DNA of 12,361 nucleotides from a virus. Taxonomy: Duplodnaviria; Heunggongvirae; Uroviricota; Caudoviricetes. The notes beneath the pieces are model-generated. The model was not told the DNA's origin and did no database searches. It saw nothing but the letters and a program-made list of their open reading frames with translations. Below, piece after piece: positions 7,701 through 12,361 of the stretch. A program made the position numbers and the translations under genes. The stretch is from IMG/VR virus record IMGVR_UViG_3300032296_003759. One strand, 5' to 3'. Within the stretch, counting starts at the first letter, position 1; every line of letters begins with the position of its first letter.

Positions 7701-10700
7701 GATATTGATGGAAATATCATTTTCATATTATCAATATCAAAGTCAGAACCAGACTTAATAATCTGCTCCATTGGAGCAATAATTATATTACCTGCAGATG
7801 ATGGTAAGAATTCCATTACCTCCATATGGTCTATAAATCCTTCATTGGTAGTAGGAATCCTATTTCCAATAATAGTAAACTTATCCATATGTTTCTCTTT
7901 CCACTCAGCATTCTTCATTGCCTGATTTAATCTTTTTACTGAAGCATCATAGTCTACAACTCTGTTTCCTTTAGAGTTTATATAAGTTACTTTTATTTTT
8001 TCATTAGTTCCTGGATAATTTAAATTTAAAAGATTTTCAAAATCTCCAATCAATGGGATCTTGATTCCCATTTTTCCAACTCTAATCGGATTTCCTTGAT
8101 CATCAAATATTATATCATAGTAAGGTAAGTCATTACTTCCAAACTGAGTAAGTTGTTCATCTGTTGCTTTTTTGAAAATATCTTTAGCATTTACCCATCC
8201 TTCCCATTCATCTCCAGATTTTTCCCAACCTATTCCAGATACTTGAATTAGAGATCTTCCATATAATTTTAACTTTCTCAGTTTTTTATCCATCATACCG
8301 GAAAGTAATTCTTGTATTTCTCTTCTATTAAATGCAAATTCTAAATCCCATTTTGCTTTTCTAGTTTTAGGATCATACTCCAAATAATCAATACCATTGA
8401 TAGTAAAGTTTTGTCTCATCCCTTCTTCTTTCAATACCTTTATAAACTTTTCAAAATCTATAATATTATATTTAAATACATCTTTTCCATTTTCTTTTCC
8501 TTTAGATATTTTTTCTATACCAAGTAAATTAAAAAGATCATTTTCTTGAATTCTCATTAATCTATCAGATAATAACTTTACATCATTATATGAATTCATA
8601 AGCCTATTATATAGTTCCACATCTCCAATAAGCGTAGCTATTTTAAATGCTGGATCAAAAGCTATTTTTCTAAATTGAGTACCATATATATTTGAAAAAG
8701 ATTTATCAAATGTACCTAGTTGATGTTTTAAAAATCCTGATGTAAGTTGTTGTATATTACTATTATCTATTTTTACATCAAAGTTAGATAAGTCATAACC
8801 TTCACCTTTTTTAGTAACCCAAGTTAAAGGATTTTGTCTAAATACTTTAGAGCCTGATTCAAACTTAATATAGTCTATATCGTTTTTTATCATTTCTCTC
8901 ATAAGTTGCTCATCTCTTCTTCCATAAGCAAGTTCTGGAACAATTGCTCTTACTGAAAATTTATCATAGATTGGAGTAAGAGGTCTTCCCTTTTCGTTTA
9001 ATGGTCCAGTATAAGATATTTTAAGTGGGGTAAACTCAGCAAAAGGTTTATGTTTAATTAAATCTAAATCTGCGTTCTTTGCATTTTCCAATTGTTCACC
9101 TTGCATTACTGAGCCATCAATATTTAAATACTGATAATTACCTTTTTTATTTTCATAGTATCTATAGAATGCAAGTTGTCTATTATATTCATCCTGCATT
9201 TCAGGTGTCCAGATTTTAGCTACTAAGGCAAGTGCTTTATAAAAATCTAGACCTATAATACCTTGTCCATCTGTTACTTTTATTTCACCATATGATCCAA
9301 ATTTCAAATCAAATTCATTATTTAGCATACTTGGTATACCAAGAGCTTCTCTAACTCTGTTTATATTATTAAACATTTTACCACTCTTAAAGTATATAGA
9401 TTCCATTACTATATCTTTTACAGACATAGTTTTAATTATACTATAATCTTTATGATCAGCTTTTAATTTATTTTGTGAAATTGAATGTAGTGAAGTAGGA
9501 TTTAATCTATTTAAGATATCATTTCTCATACTATCAATATAGAGTTGATATCCATGATTGGTTATATTTTTACCTCTTTTAAATGGATTTGAATAGTGAT
9601 ATAAATCTCCAAAAATTAGACTATCAAATTCAGATCTTAATATAAATCTATTTATTATAAATGCAGTAGCAATAGGTTCCATAGAAATATTAGCCGCACC
9701 CATTGTAGAGGAAAGAGCAGATCTCTCCTTTGCACTATATAATTTTTTATTTATTAAATCATTATAAAGTAAAGATATTTCTTTTTCAAAATATTTATTC
9801 ACACTGTTTGTAAACTCAATTTTTAAATCATTATATTTATCTGAGAATATTAGTCCTAGTCTTTCTAGTTCTTTTGAACCATCTAATAGTTCCTGACCTG
9901 CAACTTTTAATTTATCTATTAACTCTTGTGGAAGTATATCTTGAAATAAATTTAATTCTTCAGAAAATTTCATTAATTGATCTCCATAGTTAAGATTATA
10001 CCAAAACATTTTTTGAAGTTCTGATATTAAAAGATTCTGCATATATTCAGAAACTTTATTAACTGACATTATATTTGTATTTTTAGAACCAGTTAATAGT
10101 TTTGGAGAAATAGGTAAGTTAATATTTTTTCCATTATAAGAACTAAGTCTAAAAGCCATCATAGAAGGAGATGTTTCAGCTCTTCTGTTTTCAATTACTC
10201 CATATTTTAATAATGTTAATATATCTATAAAAGTTTTTTCTGTTGCAGAAACATCTGATAATCTTCTTTCTTTATATTCTCTTTGTTTTACACCATTTAC
10301 TTCCTTTATATCTATAGTTTTAAAAGAAGCTATATCTTCGACTATTAATTGTACTTTTTCTCCATTTACAACTGTTCTTTTTCCATCGGTATTAAATAAT
10401 GAGTTCAAAAAAAGATTATTTCTTAACCATGGAAGCTCTGGATCTATATGTTGTAATTGAGGATTATTTTTAATATCTGATTTATTTTCAACTTGGTTTA
10501 AAAGATTTGTAACTAATAAAAGTTGAGTTGGATTATAATATGGATACTTTGTTCTATTATCTATTCTAAATGATCCTGATGTAATATCATCTCCATATTG
10601 AGCTTGTATATCAGCAAGGTCTCTAAAATCATAATAATGATTTGTTATTGATATTATTTTAGTAGTTTTTCCATCTACATCATATTTATAATTGTTATCA

Positions 10701-12361
10701 TTCAGAGTTAATGTACCTATTGGACTAGTTGTGAATCCAGGGACAGTTATATTTCTAAGTGATACTTTTTCGGAACCTAAACCTTCTTGTGTAAGTAAGA
10801 GATTTATATCTGAAGGAGAGATTATTTTAGTTTTCAGAAGAGCTTGTACTAAACCTTTATCTTTTGTTGTTTTATCATAATTATCAGCAATGATAGCTTG
10901 TATTTCTTCTTTTCTATTTCTATATTTTGAATTTATTAATATTTCAGCCCAATTAATAAACTCTTGTTCTGATACTTTTTCTAATTCACTGAGACTTATC
11001 AAAATAGAATCTCTTACTTCCATTAATCTTTCTATACCTTCACCGCTTTCAAAAACTCTTTGATCAAACTCTATAGAGAATAGAGAAAAAAATCTTCTTA
11101 AGTCAGCTAGACTTTTACCTAAAAATTTTCTTTTATTTTCTTCATTAAAAGCAAATATGTTTAGATATACAGTTCCCTGATTGCTTATGTATAGTGTATT
11201 TTTAGCATCAAATATATCAAAATTCTCATCATTAAAACTTTCTGATGTAAAATGCTCTTTCTTTAAACGCTGTTTATTTTCTGGATCTAATACCTTAGTT
11301 CTAGGATCTTCAAAATCTTTTTTCCATCTATTTATTATTTTTTGTGATAGACTTCTTGTAAGTACCTCATAGTTTACTATTTTTTTATCAAATCTAGTAG
11401 ATATACTTTGTTGTTTATCTGACATACTATAGTAGTCTACTGTTAACTGAGTATTCATTACTTCAGGTAATGATAGTGCTCCAGTAAAAGATTGTAAAAA
11501 TGTAAACTCTTCTATTATTCTATCTGTACGTTTTGTAGATGTAGGTGAGTCTGTAAGTAAATTTGATAATATTCTTTTTATATCTTTTGCTATAATCTTT
11601 GCTTCTGGTATTACAAGTTGTGTAGCAGGATTATCTAATTCTTTTATAAATAAGTTTAAATCAAACTTTCCAGAAAGTCTCTTTTTTAATCTATGAAATA
11701 GATCATATGGATCAGACCCTACTTCATAACCTAATTCATTTATTTCTAAAACTATTTCACCTGTATTTTTATCTATATATTTTACTACAGGAACTGACAT
11801 TAAGTAATCAAGTATTGCTTTTTCTGCTTTAGATATTGGAGATTCATCATTTGCCGCAACATCAAATTTATCCATTTTACTAGGACCTTCTTCTATAGTG
11901 TCATTTTGATCATTTTGATTTTCAATATCCTGATCAATCATTGAATCATCACTATTTCCTTCACTTAAATCAGATTTTATATTATGTTTTGCTACTTCAT
12001 CCTCTATTGCAAATTTTCTTATAGAAGAGTAGAAAGAATATTTTTTATAATTAGAGAGAAACTCTGGCCAATTTTCTAGTATATTTTTGATCTCAACTTC
12101 TTGTAAATCAGTTAGAGGTTTTCCTTTTCCTTCTAGTCTATCTAATAATTCAATATATACATTAGTAAATACATCTCTTCTGAGTTTGGCAGAACTATTA
12201 AATGATGTAAAAACTCTACCTGCATTAAGTAATTCTTTTCTAACTATTGTATCTATAGATTTTGCATATAAATGCATTCTATCTGGAGATATTATTTCCT
12301 CTTGTTTGCTTAAAGAGGAACTGACACTATTTAATGCACTTTGAAACATATTGTTCTTCAA
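4751..12361 (-). CDS. Virion-associated single-subunit two-barrel DNA-dependent RNA polymerase, crAss-like (phi14:2 gp66-like); probably 5'-partial
   Basis: 2536 sense codons ending in TAA at 4751-4753, followed by a second TAA at 4748-4750. Motifs in the expected order: FGD..Y...FKR (9575-9583), TDGQG (9260-9274), PLK (9020-9028), DKFS (8954-8965), ESGSKV (8843-8860), GTQFRK, RIP (7853-7861), FLP, GSDFDID (7730-7750). The track's initial 'M' is a TTG at the last three bases (12359-12361), so the true start is probably outside the window. The first ATG in the window is at 12347-12349. Confidence 0.93.
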   Translation of the reverse strand: MKNNMFQSALNSVSSSLSKQEEIISPDRMHLYAKSIDTIVRKELLNAGRVFTSFNSSAKLRRDVFTNVYIELLDRLEGKGKPLTDLQEVEIKNILENWPEFLSNYKKYSFYSSIRKFAIEDEVAKHNIKSDLSEGNSDDSMIDQDIENQNDQNDTIEEGPSKMDKFDVAANDESPISKAEKAILDYLMSVPVVKYIDKNTGEIVLEINELGYEVGSDPYDLFHRLKKRLSGKFDLNLFIKELDNPATQLVIPEAKIIAKDIKRILSNLLTDSPTSTKRTDRIIEEFTFLQSFTGALSLPEVMNTQLTVDYYSMSDKQQSISTRFDKKIVNYEVLTRSLSQKIINRWKKDFEDPRTKVLDPENKQRLKKEHFTSESFNDENFDIFDAKNTLYISNQGTVYLNIFAFNEENKRKFLGKSLADLRRFFSLFSIEFDQRVFESGEGIERLMEVRDSILISLSELEKVSEQEFINWAEILINSKYRNRKEEIQAIIADNYDKTTKDKGLVQALLKTKIISPSDINLLLTQEGLGSEKVSLRNITVPGFTTSPIGTLTLNDNNYKYDVDGKTTKIISITNHYYDFRDLADIQAQYGDDITSGSFRIDNRTKYPYYNPTQLLLVTNLLNQVENKSDIKNNPQLQHIDPELPWLRNNLFLNSLFNTDGKRTVVNGEKVQLIVEDIASFKTIDIKEVNGVKQREYKERRLSDVSATEKTFIDILTLLKYGVIENRRAETSPSMMAFRLSSYNGKNINLPISPKLLTGSKNTNIMSVNKVSEYMQNLLISELQKMFWYNLNYGDQLMKFSEELNLFQDILPQELIDKLKVAGQELLDGSKELERLGLIFSDKYNDLKIEFTNSVNKYFEKEISLLYNDLINKKLYSAKERSALSSTMGAANISMEPIATAFIINRFILRSEFDSLIFGDLYHYSNPFKRGKNITNHGYQLYIDSMRNDILNRLNPTSLHSISQNKLKADHKDYSIIKTMSVKDIVMESIYFKSGKMFNNINRVREALGIPSMLNNEFDLKFGSYGEIKVTDGQGIIGLDFYKALALVAKIWTPEMQDEYNRQLAFYRYYENKKGNYQYLNIDGSVMQGEQLENAKNADLDLIKHKPFAEFTPLKISYTGPLNEKGRPLTPIYDKFSVRAIVPELAYGRRDEQLMREMIKNDIDYIKFESGSKVFRQNPLTWVTKKGEGYDLSNFDVKIDNSNIQQLTSGFLKHQLGTFDKSFSNIYGTQFRKIAFDPAFKIATLIGDVELYNRLMNSYNDVKLLSDRLMRIQENDLFNLLGIEKISKGKENGKDVFKYNIIDFEKFIKVLKEEGMRQNFTINGIDYLEYDPKTRKAKWDLEFAFNRREIQELLSGMMDKKLRKLKLYGRSLIQVSGIGWEKSGDEWEGWVNAKDIFKKATDEQLTQFGSNDLPYYDIIFDDQGNPIRVGKMGIKIPLIGDFENLLNLNYPGTNEKIKVTYINSKGNRVVDYDASVKRLNQAMKNAEWKEKHMDKFTIIGNRIPTTNEGFIDHMEVMEFLPSSAGNIIIAPMEQIIKSGSDFDIDNMKMIFPSISKDGSFITEKMLDGIKDQEIFDRIRALSLTEQEIRDLKRSLTDKLKLSKDDIKNLSKTKSELASNIISYMSSLEGKIGVDIIEQALYNYFSKKIKDSTDPKSNDIIRQNIQKAKKRMQTTVFFDEEEIEKRESIIDILVKEIKNTRLGDITFEEYHSTFVETDPGTIPNDAIEADQYYRILKEIEELETENGFSLEERSNYGVDLEVFEKRNILVKSITNSIIKEYSALMSEPLYYEHLISPTTQDSVDDVANELIAAKKNYSEVEMANFRREAEAKKEKLKLFDPKSNTISNMSHVKEYEIWDFIMGKRKDLGGWAIHRTNSSIFNFIKFTMNNQFTDSYGERKTTLTPLIPRNRRSEFISSQGDIKMYGRDLNGVFIGDTLDQLVSATIDLVNAPAYPYLGINKLNKKIAAYLVLSGVPLKEVSFFLNQPILEELYSLFEEKSRSVQGYSLKHALVELAQRKGMLKQGYVSRWNPNFPRYEVYTVNYKKNDDESVTKSINTKLANNGLARPYSDFNDYLSEDLEFSLEQLDREIRKGKDADEEFQKKVLAYFGSIFEESAALMNLEFSYNTDTTKYATIQSITKNLKRKEEIKKNDIFKLEQIVKLETQSMIAPFDYTERGKDILMQLFPKLYSEQNMFAFEYIMESTFGNNEHLERVSKMIDNDYIEYIYKNFGKYKGVNFSEYFLPKIKNFEDSKEFFAIKFNEMIKRYPEIRDNVLFFSRLNDLSFKLSGADFTEELNREKGYNTNTRIWNIYLDRDSENSVNQRNEFIIQWRNLINFNPLALGLERQYSVEEAKEISEFFTELAYFSLYQSGATNVGDNFSDLIPLEIWTSFITEAIEQMEKEFSIQYDKNDPSQKTIGKEKAYERFMKYFRIKFIENNPLKSIKWNSLTYEGEGVEIDVDPDGKRFKKKKTEKYIFDNLYYKGKDYYTLDLVTYLDTNSVDIFEYLRSGTKTEPNKPNNTISVKTDTGFPDITAEC
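7730..7861 (-). other. RNAP catalytic barrel (DPBB-A, beta'-like): R-I-P motif and DxDxD Mg-binding loop (D1540, D1542, D1544 in track numbering)
   Basis: Reads IGNRIPTTNEGFIDHMEVMEFLPSSAGNIIIAPMEQIIKSGSDFDIDNM. DFDID is the crAss-type counterpart of the DFDGD loop of cellular RNAP beta' and QDE-1-like polymerases. Confidence 0.92.
8843..9274 (-). other. RNAP second barrel (DPBB-B, beta-like) motifs: TDGQG, PLK, DKFS, ESGSKV
   Basis: These motifs occur upstream of the DxDxD barrel in the order expected for single-chain two-barrel polymerases (an acidic TDG motif followed by conserved lysines). The assignment is by motif recognition, not by alignment. Confidence 0.75.
11901..11918. repeat. 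9-bp tandem duplication (tcattttga x2) encoding QND-QND inside an acidic linker
   Basis: Directly visible on line 11881. It is in frame and lies within SDLSEGNSDDSMIDQDIENQNDQNDTIEEG. Confidence 0.6.

Larger units (their letters stand above)
1..12361 (-). mobile_element. Segment of a crAss-like (Crassvirales-type) bacteriophage genome: virion RNAP / cargo-protein gene block
   Basis: Two co-oriented giant genes (>2500 and >1570 aa) fill the window. One is a single-polypeptide two-barrel RNAP with DFDID, and it is followed by a zincin-bearing giant protein. This arrangement matches the known crAss-like virion RNAP locus. The SD-less AT-rich start suggests a Bacteroidota host. Family or genus, and free phage versus prophage, cannot be determined from this window. 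Confidence 0.8.

Noticed and set aside
7764-7778. Perfect inverted repeat TGCTCCA-T-TGGAGCA about 20 nt from the DFDID codons
   Set aside because: It has 7-bp arms and a 1-nt spacer, cannot form a stable hairpin, is explained by the codons for A-P-M-E-Q, and is plausible by chance in 12 kb.
7058-7861. Intein or group I intron near the RNAP active site (reported in some crAss-like RNAP genes)
   Set aside because: The frame is continuous, there is no internal Cys and no His-Asn-(C/S/T) splice signature was seen, and there is no homing-endonuclease motif.
10692-12344. Three short plus-strand ORFs (10692-10880, 11181-11372, 12087-12344)
   Set aside because: All are antisense to the RNAP gene, with the Ser/Phe/Leu-rich composition expected from a reverse frame.
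4751-12361. N4-type (T7-like, single-subunit right-hand) virion RNAP or cellular rpoB/rpoC
   Set aside because: The motifs are of the two-barrel DxDxD type in one chain, with DFDID rather than NADFDGD, and no rpoB/rpoC signature blocks or Zn-binding cysteines are present.

Overview
AT-rich (about 27-28% GC by hand sampling) and almost fully coding, with two giant genes in tandem on the minus strand separated by 22 nt. (1) 4751..>12361, at least 2536 aa: a single-chain two-barrel RNA polymerase with a GSDFDID catalytic loop, resembling the virion-packaged RNAP of crAss-like (Crassvirales-type) phages such as phi14:2 gp66. It is probably truncated at the right edge. (2) <1..4728: an uninterrupted 1576-codon ORF missing from the supplied ORF track, presumably because it runs off the left edge without a stop. 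It has an N-terminal zincin-like EExxH...E domain and looks like a large virion cargo/ejection protein. The most striking observation is that the 4112 encoded residues contain exactly two cysteines: the last residue of the RNAP (...TAEC-stop) and residue 3 of the next protein (MEC...). They face each other across the gene junction, which suggests a head-to-tail Cys-Cys coupling of ejected cargo proteins (hypothesis). No tRNA, rRNA, CRISPR array, IS or intron was seen, and standard genetic code 11 is sufficient.
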